Source of the DNA: an uncultured Clostridia bacterium
GTDB taxonomy: Bacteria > Bacillota > Clostridia > Oscillospirales > Acutalibacteraceae
Assembly: GCA_944376265.1 (NCBI GenBank)
Contig: CALWCD010000002.1
Location: forward strand, 899-64,898
Direction of reading: 5' to 3'
Length of the DNA stretch: 64,000 bases
A program made the position numbers and the translations under genes. Below the pieces are notes generated by a model that ran no database searches, was not told the origin of the DNA, and saw only the letters and a list, made by a program, of their open reading frames with translations. Positions 38,392 through 49,230 of this stretch are shown here, piece by piece. Every line of letters begins with the position of its first letter. Within the stretch, counting starts at the first letter, position 1.

Positions 38392-41111
38392 TCCTCCCCT
38401 TCCGAGGGGCCTCCCTGCTGCATGTTCCGCTCCAGCCACTGGGCGTAGGTCATAAGCACCTGCCGGGGCTTGGACCCTTCATGGGGTCCCACCACTCCCA
38501 GCTGCTCCATCTCGTCTATGAGCCGCCCGGCCCGGGCGTAACCCAGGCGAAGCCGCCGCTGGAGCAGGGACGTGGAAGCCTGTCCGGCCTCAACCACGCA
38601 TTTGATGGCCTCGTCGATCATGGGGTCTCCCCCATTTTCGCTGTCGCCGCTGTCCTCATTCTTGGACTCGCTGGCGGCGTTCCGCTCGATCTCTTCAATG
38701 ACTTTCTCGTCGTATTCAATGGTTTTCGTCTTTTTCACAAACTCCACCACGGAAGAGATCTCATCGTCTGTGACATAGCACCCCTGGACGCGCAGGGGCT
38801 TGTTGGCGCCCACAGGAGCGAAGAGCATGTCGCCGTTGCCCAGCAGTTTTTCCGCGCCGCCGGAGTCCAGAATGGTGCGGGAGTCCACGGCGTTGGACAC
38901 GGTCAGGGCAATGCGGCTGGGAATGTTTGCCTTGATCAGGCCGGTCACCACATCCACAGAGGGACGCTGGGTGGCCACCACCAGGTGCATCCCGGCAGCG
39001 CGGGCCAGCTGGGCCAGCCGGCAGATGGAGTCCTCCACCTCTTTAGGAGCGGCCATCATCAAGTCCGCCAGCTCATCAATAATGATGACGATCTGTGGCA
39101 TGGCGGGCATGGGCTGGCCGTTTTCGTCCTGGTAATTCTGGGAGGCGGCAAGGCTGTTGTACCCTTTCAGGTTGCGCACGTTGAACTCGGAAAAGATCTT
39201 GTAGCGCTTCATCATCTCGGAGACGGCCCAGCCCAGAGCGCCGGACGCCTTTCTCGGGTCTGTGACCACGGGCACCAGCATGTGGGGCATGCCGTTGTAT
39301 TCGGTGAGCTCCACAGCCTTGGGGTCGATCATCAGGAAGCGCACCTCGTCGGGGCTTGCCTTGTAGAGCATGCTGATGATCAAAGAGTTGATGCACACCG
39401 ACTTGCCGGAGCCGGTGGTGCCGGCGATGAGCAGGTGGGGCATTTTCGCCAGGTCCGCGATCACCGGCTGGCCCGCGATGTCCCGCCCCAAAGCCACGGA
39501 AAGCTTGCTCTTGGAGGACTGGAAGGAGTTGGACTCCACCAGCTCCCGCATGCGCACCGTGCTTCGTCTCTTGTTGGGCACCTCAATGCCCACGGCGGCC
39601 TTGCCGGGGATAGGCGCCTCGATGCGCACGCCGGTAGCCGCCAGGTTCAGCGCCAGGTCGTCGGACAGGTTGGTGATCTTGCTGATCTTCACGCCGGCCG
39701 CCGGCTGGATCTCATATCGGGTGACAGCCGGGCCCCGGCAGATGTCCAGGATCTTTGTCTGAACACCGAAGCTTTTCAGGGTGTCCACCAAGATGCGGCC
39801 GTTTGTCTGGAGTTCTTCCGTCTCCAAAGCCGGGTTGCCCTGGGGGCTGACCGCCAGCATGGTCACCGGGGGAGTGCAGTAAACGGTCTTGGCAGGCTCC
39901 GCTCCGGTATACAGCGCCTGCTGGAGAGGCGTTGCCTCCTTCCGGTCGTTTTCCTGCCGCTGTTCCATGAATTTCTCCGTCAGTTCCTTCACTTCGTCGG
40001 GAACAGGCGGTTTCTCCCCGGCGGGAGCCATGGGTTCCACGGGCAGGGAAGCTTTTTCCGCCGGCGGTTCCTCTTTGGGAAGGGATACGTGGACTGTCTC
40101 CACCTGAGGCGTGGGAATGGGGATCTCCTCAATCTCCTCCAGCGCCCGCTCCAGTGCCTGGGTACCCTCTTCCATCTCCTTGACAGCGGCGGAGGGCTCC
40201 GGCGAAGCAGGGCTGTCCTCCAGGGGAGAAGCATTGGGTTCGTCCACGCCGAACACGGCTTTCAGCCGGTCCAGCTTGTCGTTTTTCTTCTCCGTCTTTT
40301 TCTTTTCCGGAGGCGGCGGGAACAGTGCCGCGGGCGTGTCTGCCCGCACCGGGTGGGCAGGCAGTTGAGGCTCCAAAGACACATCGATTTCAGACTCCCG
40401 CTCCAGTTCCAGGATCTGCCGTTCCTCTTCCCGGCGCTGACGGGCATTCTGAATTCCCTCCGACACCACGTCCACAGGTTTTTTGATGGTGCGGAACAGG
40501 CCGATCAGTGTGGTGCCCGTAAGGATCATCACCGCAACAAACAGAAGCAGCACCACAATGATTCTGGCCCCCACTTCCCCGGTGGCCCGCAGCAGAGGCC
40601 AGCCCAGAAGGCCGCCTACCACGCCGCCGCCCGTGCCGGCGTTGGACGTGTACAGGAACCCTATGTACTCAAAGAAATTCAGCCCGGCGGGAATGGCTCT
40701 CTTTCCAAAAATGAACCCTGTGGCACAGAACAGCACAATGACCGCCACGGTCATCCAGATCTTGCCGCTGATGGAGCCCCGGGGCTTTTCCATGGCGATG
40801 ATCACCGCCACGTAGATCACCAGTACCGGCCACAGCAGGGACCAGCTTCCGAAAAGCCCCAAAATGGCGTTGTGGGCCCAGTGCCACAGGTTGTCACCGG
40901 GAATGAGCACCAGACACCCCAGGAGGATGGCGCTGGCAAACAGCACCACAGCCCGGATCTGGTTTTTCTGACGGATGGCTTCCGCGGTGGCCTGGGGATT
41001 TTTACCCCTTCTGCCGCCCCGCGTCCCGGCCGTCTTTTTCCCGGAAGAGGCGGATGTGGTCCTTTTGGAAGCAGGCTTCTTCCGGGTGGTGGTTGTCTTT
41101 TTGGCTGGCAA
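38388..41111 (-). CDS. ftsK: DNA translocase FtsK/SpoIIIE
   Basis: N-terminal TM helices, [38 protein letters not shown], gamma domain [14 protein letters not shown]; TTG start after GGAGG. Confidence 0.97.
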   Translation of the reverse strand: MPAKKTTTTRKKPASKRTTSASSGKKTAGTRGGRRGKNPQATAEAIRQKNQIRAVVLFASAILLGCLVLIPGDNLWHWAHNAILGLFGSWSLLWPVLVIYVAVIIAMEKPRGSISGKIWMTVAVIVLFCATGFIFGKRAIPAGLNFFEYIGFLYTSNAGTGGGVVGGLLGWPLLRATGEVGARIIVVLLLFVAVMILTGTTLIGLFRTIKKPVDVVSEGIQNARQRREEERQILELERESEIDVSLEPQLPAHPVRADTPAALFPPPPEKKKTEKKNDKLDRLKAVFGVDEPNASPLEDSPASPEPSAAVKEMEEGTQALERALEEIEEIPIPTPQVETVHVSLPKEEPPAEKASLPVEPMAPAGEKPPVPDEVKELTEKFMEQRQENDRKEATPLQQALYTGAEPAKTVYCTPPVTMLAVSPQGNPALETEELQTNGRILVDTLKSFGVQTKILDICRGPAVTRYEIQPAAGVKISKITNLSDDLALNLAATGVRIEAPIPGKAAVGIEVPNKRRSTVRMRELVESNSFQSSKSKLSVALGRDIAGQPVIADLAKMPHLLIAGTTGSGKSVCINSLIISMLYKASPDEVRFLMIDPKAVELTEYNGMPHMLVPVVTDPRKASGALGWAVSEMMKRYKIFSEFNVRNLKGYNSLAASQNYQDENGQPMPAMPQIVIIIDELADLMMAAPKEVEDSICRLAQLARAAGMHLVVATQRPSVDVVTGLIKANIPSRIALTVSNAVDSRTILDSGGAEKLLGNGDMLFAPVGANKPLRVQGCYVTDDEISSVVEFVKKTKTIEYDEKVIEEIERNAASESKNEDSGDSENGGDPMIDEAIKCVVEAGQASTSLLQRRLRLGYARAGRLIDEMEQLGVVGPHEGSKPRQVLMTYAQWLERNMQQGGPSEGEE

Positions 41112-41159
41112 ACGTTCTCCCTCCGATCTCAAACCGTGGGTTTCAATTTCCCCGTCCCG

Positions 41160-42104
41160 TTACAGGGGCAGTCCGGTAAACAGGTTGTTCCCTGTGATAT
41201 GTTCTATAATCCCGATAATGGTGATCAGCGCGCCCACGATCAAGGTGTAGAATGCGAACACCTGGAGCTTGTTGGTGGTGACGATCCACCTGAGCAGCTT
41301 GATGGCCAGGAATCCCACAATGGCCGCGGTGAGCACCCCTACAAGGAGCGCCCCCGCCCCTACCGCTTCCGCCTGGTCCCCCATGTCCAGCAGGGAAACA
41401 AGGGCAGCGGCGGCAATGGAGGGAATGCCCAGCACAAAGGAGTAATCCAACGCGGTCTGCTGGTTAATTCCCCGCAGGAGCCCCACGGACAATGTGGAGC
41501 CGGAACGGGAAAGGCCGGGGAACACAGCTGCCAGGCACTGGGTCAGACCGATGAGCAGGGCGTCCACCGTGTGGATCTTCTTCCGGCCAACGCTCTTGAC
41601 ACGGCGGCCGGAAGCCTCCTTGCGGCTGCGCACTTCCTTGATCCGCTTGTTGGCCTGGATGCCGGCAAACAGCAGAGCGCTGGTGGCCAGAAGCGCAAGG
41701 CCCTCCACCACGATGTCGGAGTCGGAGCCCAGCGTTTCGGAGAGGCCCTTGATATCCATGCCTGTTCCGGGAATCGGCAGGAACAGCAGGAACAGGGGCA
41801 GAAGGCCGAAGATCAGCATGAAGATCAGGCGGCGGTCGTGGTTCATTTCGCTCCATTTGAAGCGCCCGTGGACCACGTCCACGCACAGAGCGCCAAACTC
41901 TTTGATGAGCCGCCAGATCAGTTCCCGATACACGAACACCACGGCGATCAGGGTGCCCAGATGCAGCATGACGTCAAACAGAATGCCCGGCAGCTTGATG
42001 CCGAACAGGTGCTTGGAAATGGACAGGTGGCCGCTGCTGGACACGGGCAGAAACTCCGTGGCGCCCTGGATGATGCCTAAGATGATGGCTTCGAAAATGG
42101 TCAT
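41160..42104 (-). CDS. uppP: Undecaprenyl-diphosphatase (BacA)
   Basis: QGATEFLPVSSSGHL, HLGT, PGLSRSGST, YSFVLGIP. Confidence 0.95.
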   Translation of the reverse strand: MTIFEAIILGIIQGATEFLPVSSSGHLSISKHLFGIKLPGILFDVMLHLGTLIAVVFVYRELIWRLIKEFGALCVDVVHGRFKWSEMNHDRRLIFMLIFGLLPLFLLFLPIPGTGMDIKGLSETLGSDSDIVVEGLALLATSALLFAGIQANKRIKEVRSRKEASGRRVKSVGRKKIHTVDALLIGLTQCLAAVFPGLSRSGSTLSVGLLRGINQQTALDYSFVLGIPSIAAAALVSLLDMGDQAEAVGAGALLVGVLTAAIVGFLAIKLLRWIVTTNKLQVFAFYTLIVGALITIIGIIEHITGNNLFTGLPL

Positions 42105-42146
42105 AATCTCCTCCTTCATATGTAACGGCGGGGTCCCGCCGGTTTG

Positions 42147-42935
42147 TCACTCTGCTTTCTTTTTCCTGCTTCCCGTTTTGGCAGTGCCGCTTCGGGTTTT
42201 CTTGCTTCGGTCAATCATTTTTCCCAGACAGTCCATGGCGTCGGACAGGGAGCCCAGGGAATCGATCAGGCCCTCTTCCACAGCGTCCGGACCGTCCAGC
42301 ACCGTGCCCACGTCCATCACCAGCTCCTGGGTGTTCATGGAAAGCTCCACGAACCGCTCCTTGGAGATGTTGGAATTCTGGGTGACGAAGTTGGTGATCC
42401 TGTCCTGCATTCTGCGGAAGTATTCCAGGGTTTGGGGGATCCCCAGCACCAGGCCGTTCATCCGCACCGGATGGATGGTCATGGAGGCGGACTCGGCGAT
42501 AAAGGACCGCTTTGCCGCCACAGCAAGGGGCACGCCAATGGAATGGCCTCCTCCCAGCACCAGGGAAACGGTGGGCTTTTTCATCCCGGCAACCAGTTCC
42601 GCCAGGGCAAGCCCCGCCTCCACGTCTCCCCCCACAGTGTTCAGCAGCATTAGCAGACCATCGATCTGGGGGTCTTCCTCCACCGCTACAATCTGGGGGA
42701 TCACGTGCTCGTACTTGGTGGTTTTGTTCTGCGAGGGCAGAATGTAGTGGCCCTCAATCTGCCCGATGATGGTCAGGCAGTGGATCGTCCGTCCGTTGCA
42801 CCGGGTGGTGACGGAACCGTCCTGAACCAGGGGACGGTCTGAGGTTTGAGAGTCGGTCTCCGCCTCCCCCGTCTCAGGCTCTTCCTCTGCCTCAATTGCC
42901 AAACGGCGCAGTTTCTTTTCTTCGGCTTTTTTCAT
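42147..42935 (-). CDS. tepA: TepA-like ClpP-family protease
   Basis: [43 protein letters not shown] (Ser), MTIHPVR (His); upstream of ftsK as in Bacillus. Confidence 0.9.
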   Translation of the reverse strand: MKKAEEKKLRRLAIEAEEEPETGEAETDSQTSDRPLVQDGSVTTRCNGRTIHCLTIIGQIEGHYILPSQNKTTKYEHVIPQIVAVEEDPQIDGLLMLLNTVGGDVEAGLALAELVAGMKKPTVSLVLGGGHSIGVPLAVAAKRSFIAESASMTIHPVRMNGLVLGIPQTLEYFRRMQDRITNFVTQNSNISKERFVELSMNTQELVMDVGTVLDGPDAVEEGLIDSLGSLSDAMDCLGKMIDRSKKTRSGTAKTGSRKKKAE

Positions 42936-43031
42936 GGCAGCATCCTCCTTTACAGGGATTAGTCTGCCAGAAAACAGGTGCAATCATACGGCCGGCGAAA
43001 AAAAGCCAAGGGGGCGGACAATCGCTATTTT

Positions 43032-43060
43032 ATTATATCATTCCTTTCTCCCCAGGGCAA
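43032..43060 (-). promoter_or_regulatory. sigmaA-type promoter upstream of tepA
   Basis: TTGCCC-N17-TATAAT with TG extension. Confidence 0.6.
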
Positions 43061-43097
43061 GTGAAATGAGCCCCTTTTCTTTCCCGGGAAGTTTCAT

Positions 43098-43126
43098 TTG
43101 CCTATCTCATACAATAGTGCTATAAT
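43098..43126 (+). promoter_or_regulatory. sigmaA-type promoter for AEC transporter
   Basis: TTGCCT-N17-TATAAT with TG extension. Confidence 0.65.
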
Positions 43127-43167
43127 TTCGTCAGAAACTTTTGGATAGAGGAGTGTAGAAACCTTTT

Positions 43168-44106
43168 ATGGACAGTTTGATCCTCTCGCTGGAGATTGTG
43201 CTTCCCCTGTTCCTTTTGATGGCGGTGGGTTACGTCATCAAATTGACCGGGCTGATGAACGAAACGTCTGTCAAGCAGACCAACAAGGTTATTTTCAAAA
43301 TCTTTCTTCCCCTGCTGGTGTTCTGCAATATCTACAACACCGAGCTTTCGGAGAGCTTTGACTCCCACCTGCTGCTGTACGCGGTGGCGGGGGTTGCCAT
43401 CCAGTTTGTGCTCTCCCTGTGTCTGGCGGTGCTGACGGAAAGGGAGAACTCCCGGCGGGGCGTTATGCTTCAGGGGATGTTTCGCAGCAATTTTGTGCTG
43501 TTCGGCATTCCCATCAGCACGGCACTCTTTGGGGAGACCGCCGCAGGGCTTGCCTCCATTCTCATCGCGGTCATCATTCCCATGTACAACGTGCTGGCGG
43601 TGGTGTCTTTGGAGATCTTTAACGGGAAGCGCCCCAACGTGGGGAAGATCCTGGTGGGCATTATCACCAATCCGCTGATCATCGCCTCCGCGGTGGGAAT
43701 CCTCTTTGTGGCGCTGCGCATCCCCCTGCCCACCCCCATCTATGACACGGTCAGCGACCTGGGCTCCATCGCTACGCCTTTGGCCTTTGTGATCCTGGGC
43801 GCGTCCTTCAGCTTTGGGGACGTGGGAAGATACGTGAAGGAGCTGTTTGTCGTTCTGAGCACCAAACTGCTGGTGTTTCCGGCACTGTTTCTGGGGATCG
43901 CCCTGCTGCTGGGGTTCCGGGGCGCGCCTTTGGCGGTGCTGCTCACAGTGTTTGGCGCCCCTATCGCGGTTTCCTCCTTCACCATGGCCCAGCAGATGGG
44001 CGGCGACGACAAGCTGGCGGGACAGCTTGTGGTGTTCAGTTCCATCCTCTCCATCGGCACCATGTTCCTCATCATTTTCTTCCTAAAGGAAATGGCGTTC
44101 CTATAA
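43168..44106 (+). CDS. AEC (auxin efflux carrier / malate permease) family transporter
   Basis: about 10 TM helices, FRSNFVLFGIP, NPLIIAS, TPLAFVILG, PIAVSSFTMAQQMGGD. Confidence 0.88.
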   Translation: MDSLILSLEIVLPLFLLMAVGYVIKLTGLMNETSVKQTNKVIFKIFLPLLVFCNIYNTELSESFDSHLLLYAVAGVAIQFVLSLCLAVLTERENSRRGVMLQGMFRSNFVLFGIPISTALFGETAAGLASILIAVIIPMYNVLAVVSLEIFNGKRPNVGKILVGIITNPLIIASAVGILFVALRIPLPTPIYDTVSDLGSIATPLAFVILGASFSFGDVGRYVKELFVVLSTKLLVFPALFLGIALLLGFRGAPLAVLLTVFGAPIAVSSFTMAQQMGGDDKLAGQLVVFSSILSIGTMFLIIFFLKEMAFL

Positions 44107-44148
44107 ACGGCATAGTTCAGTTTTTTATACAAAATGCTGGGCAGCTCA

Positions 44149-44177
44149 TTGACAGAATTCCTGTTTTCGGCGATAAT
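44149..44177 (+). promoter_or_regulatory. sigmaA promoter for aconitase-icd
   Basis: TTGACA-N17-GATAAT. Confidence 0.65.
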
Positions 44178-44247
44178 AGTACATTATAGTTTGATTCTTT
44201 AACGCAGAAAAGCAGACACAATCCATAACAGAAAAGGAAGGATCTCC

Positions 44248-46182
44248 ATGGGCAGAACTCTTGCACAGAAAATCATCGCGGAGCATTTGGTCAGCGGCCA
44301 AATGAATGTGGGCGAGGACATCGGTCTGCGCATTGACCAGACCTTGACCCAGGACGCCACCGGGACCATGGCTTACCTGGAATTTGAGGCCATGGGTGTG
44401 CCTCGGGTGAAAACCGAGCGCAGCGTGGCGTACATCGACCACAACACTCTGCAGAGCGGCTTTGAGAACGCGGATGACCACCGGTTCATCCAGTCCATTG
44501 CCAAAAAGCACGGCATCTACTTTTCCCGTCCCGGCAACGGCATCTGCCACCAGGTGCACCTGGAGCGGTTCGGCATTCCCGGCAAGACCCTGATCGGTTC
44601 CGACAGCCACACCCCTACCGGCGGCGGCATCGGCATGCTGGCTTTCGGCGCCGGCGGCCTGGACGTGGCCGTGGCCATGGGCGGCGGCGAGTACCACATC
44701 AATATGCCCAAGATGACGAAAATAAATCTCACCGGGAAGCTTTCCCCCTGGGTCTCCGCCAAGGACGTGATCCTGGCGGTGCTCCAGAAGATGAGCGTCA
44801 AAGGCGGCGTGGGCAAGATCATCGAGTACGGCGGCGAAGGGGTCAAGACCCTCACCGTCCCGGAGCGGGCCACCATCACCAATATGGGCACGGAGCTGGG
44901 CGCCACCACCTCCATCTTCCCCTCCGACGAGATCACCCGCCAGTTCCTGGAATCCCAGGGGCGGGGCGACTGCTGGAAAGAACTGAAGTCCGACGAGGAC
45001 GCCCAGTACGATGAGATCATCGAGCTGGACCTGTCCTCTCTGGAGCCTCTGGCCGCCTGCCCCCACAGCCCCGACGCGGTGAAGTCTGTCACGGAGCTGG
45101 GACCCATCAAGGTGGACCAGTGCTGCATCGGCTCCTGCACCAACTCTTCCTATCTGGACATGATGCGGGTTGCCGCCATCCTCAAGGGAAAAACCGTGCA
45201 CCCCGACGTGAGCCTAACCATTGGCTGCGGCTCCAAGCAGGTGTACAACATGCTGGCCCTCAACGGCGCGCTGGCGGACATGATCGCCGCAGGCGCCCGG
45301 ATTCTGGAATGTGTGTGCGGTCCCTGCATCGGCATGGGCCAGTCCCCCAACTCCGGCGGCGTGTCCCTGCGAACCTTCAACCGGAACTTCGAGGGACGCA
45401 GCGGCACGGCGGATGCCCAGGTGTACCTGGTGAGCCCCGAAGTGGCTGCCGCCTCGGCCCTCACCGGCGTGCTCACCGACCCCCGCACCCTGGGCGAGCC
45501 GGTGGAGATTTCCATGCCGGAAAAGTTCCTCATTAACGACAACCTGGTGGAGGCTCCCATTGAGGAATCCCTTATGGAGACCGTGGAGATCCAGCGGGGT
45601 CCCAATATCAAGCCCTTCCCCGTCTCCCAGCCTCTGCCGGACTCCATTGAGAAAAAGGCCGTTTTGAAGGTGGGCGACAACATCACCACCGACCACATTA
45701 TGCCCGCCGGCGCCAAAATTCTTCCCTTCCGCTCCAACATCCCCTATCTGTCCCAGTTCTGCTTCGGCGTCTGCGACAAGGAATTCCCCCAGCGGTGCAA
45801 GGCGGAAGACGGCGGCATCGTCATCGGCGGCTCCAACTACGGGCAGGGTTCCTCTCGGGAGCACGCCGCCCTGGTGCCTCTGTACCTGGGAGTCAAGGCG
45901 GTGGTGGCCAAGTCCTATGCCCGCATCCACTGCGCAAACCTGGCAAACGCCGGCCTGATCCCCCTGCAGTTTGTGGACGAGGCCGACTACGACCGCATTG
46001 ACCAGATGGACCTGCTGCGTCTGCCCAACATCAAGGCGGAGCTGGAGCAGGGCAACGCCGTGACGTTGGAAAACGTGACCAAGGGCATCACCATCCAGGT
46101 GGAGGCCCAGCTGACCCAGCGCCAGAGAGACATGGTGCTGGCCGGCGGCTTGCTCAATTACACAAAACAGCAGGCAGAATAA
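44248..46182 (+). CDS. Aconitate hydratase (short, about 640-aa type)
   Basis: QDATGT, DHN, GICHQVH, DSHT, IGSCTNSS, CGPCIGMG (4Fe-4S Cys), fused swivel domain TTDHI, NYGQGSSREHA. Confidence 0.93.
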   Translation: MGRTLAQKIIAEHLVSGQMNVGEDIGLRIDQTLTQDATGTMAYLEFEAMGVPRVKTERSVAYIDHNTLQSGFENADDHRFIQSIAKKHGIYFSRPGNGICHQVHLERFGIPGKTLIGSDSHTPTGGGIGMLAFGAGGLDVAVAMGGGEYHINMPKMTKINLTGKLSPWVSAKDVILAVLQKMSVKGGVGKIIEYGGEGVKTLTVPERATITNMGTELGATTSIFPSDEITRQFLESQGRGDCWKELKSDEDAQYDEIIELDLSSLEPLAACPHSPDAVKSVTELGPIKVDQCCIGSCTNSSYLDMMRVAAILKGKTVHPDVSLTIGCGSKQVYNMLALNGALADMIAAGARILECVCGPCIGMGQSPNSGGVSLRTFNRNFEGRSGTADAQVYLVSPEVAAASALTGVLTDPRTLGEPVEISMPEKFLINDNLVEAPIEESLMETVEIQRGPNIKPFPVSQPLPDSIEKKAVLKVGDNITTDHIMPAGAKILPFRSNIPYLSQFCFGVCDKEFPQRCKAEDGGIVIGGSNYGQGSSREHAALVPLYLGVKAVVAKSYARIHCANLANAGLIPLQFVDEADYDRIDQMDLLRLPNIKAELEQGNAVTLENVTKGITIQVEAQLTQRQRDMVLAGGLLNYTKQQAE

Positions 46183-46212
46183 CCATCGAAACTTTCGTAA
46201 AGGAGCATAACC

Positions 46213-47430
46213 ATGGCAGCGTTTCAGAAGATCCCTATGAAAACACCCCTGGTGGAGATGGACGGCGACGAGATGACCCGGGTCATCTGGAAAATGATCA
46301 AAGACATTCTCCTTCTCCCCTATGTGGACTTGAACACGGAATACTACGACCTTGGACTGGAGAACCGGGACAAGACCAATGACCAGGTGACGGTGGACTC
46401 CGCCCTGGCGACGAAAAAATACGGGGTGGCTGTAAAGTGCGCCACCATCACCCCCAACGCCGCCCGTGTGGAGGAATACCACCTGAAGGAGATGTGGAAG
46501 TCCCCCAACGGCACCATCCGGGCTCTGCTGGACGGCACCGTGTTCCGCACCCCCATTGTGGTGCGGGGCATCACCCCCTTCATTCCCAACTGGCGCAAGC
46601 CCATCACCATTGCCCGTCACGCCTATGGGGACGTCTACAAAAACGTGGAGGCTGTGGTCCCCGCCGGAGCCAAGGCGGAGCTGCTGGTCACCCGGGAGGA
46701 CGGCACCCAGGAAAAGCAGCTCATCCACAGCTTTGAGGGTCCCGGCATCATTCAGGGTCTGCACAACACCGACAAGAGCATTGAGAGCTTTGCCCGCTCC
46801 TGCTTCAATTTCGCCCTGGACATGAAGCAGGACCTGTGGTTCGCCACCAAGGACACCATCTCGAAAAAATACGACCATCGCTTCAAGGATGTTTTCCAGG
46901 AGATCTACGACAAGGAATATGCCCAGAAGTTTGAGAAGGCCGGCATCGAGTATTTCTACACCCTCATCGACGACGCAGTGGCTCGGGTCATCCGCAGTGA
47001 GGGCGGGTATATCTGGGCCTGCAAGAACTACGACGGCGATGTGATGAGCGACATGGTAGCTACCGCTTTCGGCAGCCTGGCTATGATGACCTCCGTACTG
47101 GTAGCGCCCGACGGCACCTGCGAGTACGAAGCCGCCCACGGCACGGTGCAGCGTCACTACTACAAGTACCTCAAGGGGGAAAGCACCTCCACCAACTCTG
47201 TGGCAACCCTGTTCGCCTGGACCGGTGCTCTCCGCAAGCGGGGCGAGCTGGACGGCAACGACGCCCTGGTGGAGTTTGCCAACAAGCTGGAGGCCGCTAC
47301 CATTTCCACCATCGAGTCCGGCGTGATGACCGGCGACCTGGCCGCCATGTCCACCCTGCCGGAGATCCGGAAGGTGGATACAGAGGGCTTCCTTCGGGCG
47401 ATCGACGAGAACCTTCGGGAAATGCTGTAA
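46213..47430 (+). CDS. icd: NADP-dependent isocitrate dehydrogenase
   Basis: [43 protein letters not shown]. Confidence 0.96.
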   Translation: MAAFQKIPMKTPLVEMDGDEMTRVIWKMIKDILLLPYVDLNTEYYDLGLENRDKTNDQVTVDSALATKKYGVAVKCATITPNAARVEEYHLKEMWKSPNGTIRALLDGTVFRTPIVVRGITPFIPNWRKPITIARHAYGDVYKNVEAVVPAGAKAELLVTREDGTQEKQLIHSFEGPGIIQGLHNTDKSIESFARSCFNFALDMKQDLWFATKDTISKKYDHRFKDVFQEIYDKEYAQKFEKAGIEYFYTLIDDAVARVIRSEGGYIWACKNYDGDVMSDMVATAFGSLAMMTSVLVAPDGTCEYEAAHGTVQRHYYKYLKGESTSTNSVATLFAWTGALRKRGELDGNDALVEFANKLEAATISTIESGVMTGDLAAMSTLPEIRKVDTEGFLRAIDENLREML

Positions 47431-47469
47431 ACCACACCAAAAAATCTGACCCACAGGAAGTTATCCCAT

Positions 47470-48123
47470 ATGATACCAAAGAAACAGAATGTTTCCATGT
47501 CCGTAATACGCCGTCTCCCCCGGTATTACCGGTTCCTTACCGAGCTGGGAAAAAAGGGCGAGACCCGCATCTCCTCCAAAGAGCTCTCTCAGAAGATGGG
47601 CTTTACCGCCTCTCAGATCCGCCAGGACTTTAACTGCTTCGGCGGGTTCGGACAGCAGGGGTATGGCTACAACGTGCCCCAGCTCTGCCAGGAGATCGAA
47701 AAGATCCTGGGGATCCAGAAGCGCCATCCCTGCATTCTGGTGGGCGCCGGCAACCTGGGGAAAGCCATTGCGGGCCATATGGCGTTTGAACAGCTGGGCT
47801 TTTCCCTCATCGGCATGTTTGACAACGCCAAACGGGTGATTGGGACCAGGATCAGCGGCCACGAGGTACTGGATTACGCCCACATTCAGGAGTTTTACCA
47901 GAAGCAGAAGCCCTTGATGGCAATCCTCTGTGTGCCTCAGGAATTTGTAGAGTCCGTCTCCGATGAGCTGTACGCTCTGGGAATCCGCTCATTTTGGAAC
48001 TTCAGCCACTATGACATCACCCTGAAGCATCCTGACGCCATTGTGGAAAACGTACATATGAACGACAGCCTGATGACTTTGTCCTACAAACTGTCTTTGG
48101 CCCAAGAGGAAACGCAGGAATGA
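47470..48123 (+). CDS. rex: Redox-sensing transcriptional repressor Rex
   Basis: RRLPRYYR, SQIRQD..FG.FGQQGYGY, VGAGNLG. Confidence 0.96.
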   Translation: MIPKKQNVSMSVIRRLPRYYRFLTELGKKGETRISSKELSQKMGFTASQIRQDFNCFGGFGQQGYGYNVPQLCQEIEKILGIQKRHPCILVGAGNLGKAIAGHMAFEQLGFSLIGMFDNAKRVIGTRISGHEVLDYAHIQEFYQKQKPLMAILCVPQEFVESVSDELYALGIRSFWNFSHYDITLKHPDAIVENVHMNDSLMTLSYKLSLAQEETQE

Positions 48124-48139
48124 ATCCCTGAAAAAAACT

Positions 48140-48184
48140 AACAGCCCGCTGCAGATTGCCCATGCTGCAGCGGGCTGTTTTTTT
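48140..48184. terminator. Bidirectional terminator (rex / PPIase)
   Basis: 15-bp perfect stem AACAGCCCGCTGCAG/CTGCAGCGGGCTGTT with flanking A and T runs. Confidence 0.88.
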
Positions 48185-48193
48185 CTGTGGGTT

Positions 48194-49036
48194 TTACGGT
48201 TCGTAGGGGACGATCTCCACGGACTGGATCACCACATCCTCTGTGGGCTTGTTGTTGGAATCGGTGCTCACCTGGGAGAGGGCAAACACGTTATCCATGC
48301 CCTCAAACACCTGGGCAAACACGGCGTGGCCCTTCCCTGTGGTGGAATAGTAACCGTCCAGAGTGGGGTTTCCCCCCTGCTCCTCGTAGAGCTTTTTCAC
48401 ATCGCTGGTCATCTTGTCCATGTCCACCCAGCTGCCGTAGTAGGCGGTGAACACTTCCGGGTCCTGTTTGTAGACTTCAAAGCCCTGCTGGAAATTGTCC
48501 CAGCTGCTGTTCCAGCCCCCGGTGGCGTTGATGAAAAACTGGCTTCCATTGGTATCGGGGCCGGCGTTGGCCATAGAGACGGAGCCGTCGATATTCACCA
48601 GGTTCTTGTTGAACTCATCGGCAAAGGAACCGCCCCACACGCTCTCCCCTCCGGTGCCGTCCCCCTTGGGGTCGCCGCCCTGGATCATAAAGCCTTCGAT
48701 GATCCGGTGGAAGGTGAGGCCGTTGTAGTAGCCGTCGATGGCGTGCTTTTTAAAGTTGTACACAGTTTTGGGTGCCTCGTCCGGGAAAAACCGCAGCTTG
48801 ATCACTTCGCCGCTCTCCAGGGTGATCACGGCGATCTCTTCCCCCTCTTGGGGCAGGTCCAGCTGGTAGCCGGCCTTCTTGCCGTTGTCCTGCTGCTTCA
48901 GGTCCTCCTGGGAAACCAGGGTGTCGGCGGAATCAAGGACATGTTCCGCGGCGGTGGGTTTTACGGAATTGCCGCAAGCCGTCAAAAGGCAGGCGGCCAG
49001 CAGGGCGCAGACCCCTGCGAGAATTCTACGTTTCAT
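48194..49036 (-). CDS. Cyclophilin-type peptidyl-prolyl isomerase, lipoprotein
   Basis: Lipobox LTAC, APKTVYNF, FHRII.GFMIQGGDP.G.GTGG, SMANAGPDTNGSQFFI. Confidence 0.93.
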   Translation of the reverse strand: MKRRILAGVCALLAACLLTACGNSVKPTAAEHVLDSADTLVSQEDLKQQDNGKKAGYQLDLPQEGEEIAVITLESGEVIKLRFFPDEAPKTVYNFKKHAIDGYYNGLTFHRIIEGFMIQGGDPKGDGTGGESVWGGSFADEFNKNLVNIDGSVSMANAGPDTNGSQFFINATGGWNSSWDNFQQGFEVYKQDPEVFTAYYGSWVDMDKMTSDVKKLYEEQGGNPTLDGYYSTTGKGHAVFAQVFEGMDNVFALSQVSTDSNNKPTEDVVIQSVEIVPYEP

Positions 49037-49099
49037 GTTGGGTACTTCCTCTCTTTTCGTCCTTCCCCACAGCGGGACCCGCCGGGGGCAGCTGGGCCT

Positions 49100-49128
49100 A
49101 TTGTACCGTAAATGGGGAAAAGATGCAA
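49100..49128 (-). promoter_or_regulatory. sigmaA promoter for PPIase
   Basis: TTGCAT-N17-TACAAT. Confidence 0.65.
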
Positions 49129-49230
49129 GGCTTCCCCGGGTATTTTCCGTTCCCCCAGGTCATATATATGGCTGTATCACGGGAGGAGGGCACTGGGTCG
49201 AAGCCCTCGCAGAGAAAGGAAGAACAGAAA

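Noticed and set aside
38481-42080. 1199-aa plus-strand ORF, and similar long ORFs at 50121-52916, 45214-47454, 32823-34766, 35468-37477, 23732-25543
   Set aside because: Antisense shadows of ftsK/uppP, clpC, acn/icd, fhs, ATP-grasp and dxs. Strong GC3 bias removes stops on the opposite strand; no SD, no motifs, composition typical of reverse-complemented coding DNA.
49140-49169. sigmaE/sigmaK promoter for the S1-domain gene
   Set aside because: CATATATAT lacks the conserved T at position 8 of CATANNNT and the -35 match is poor.
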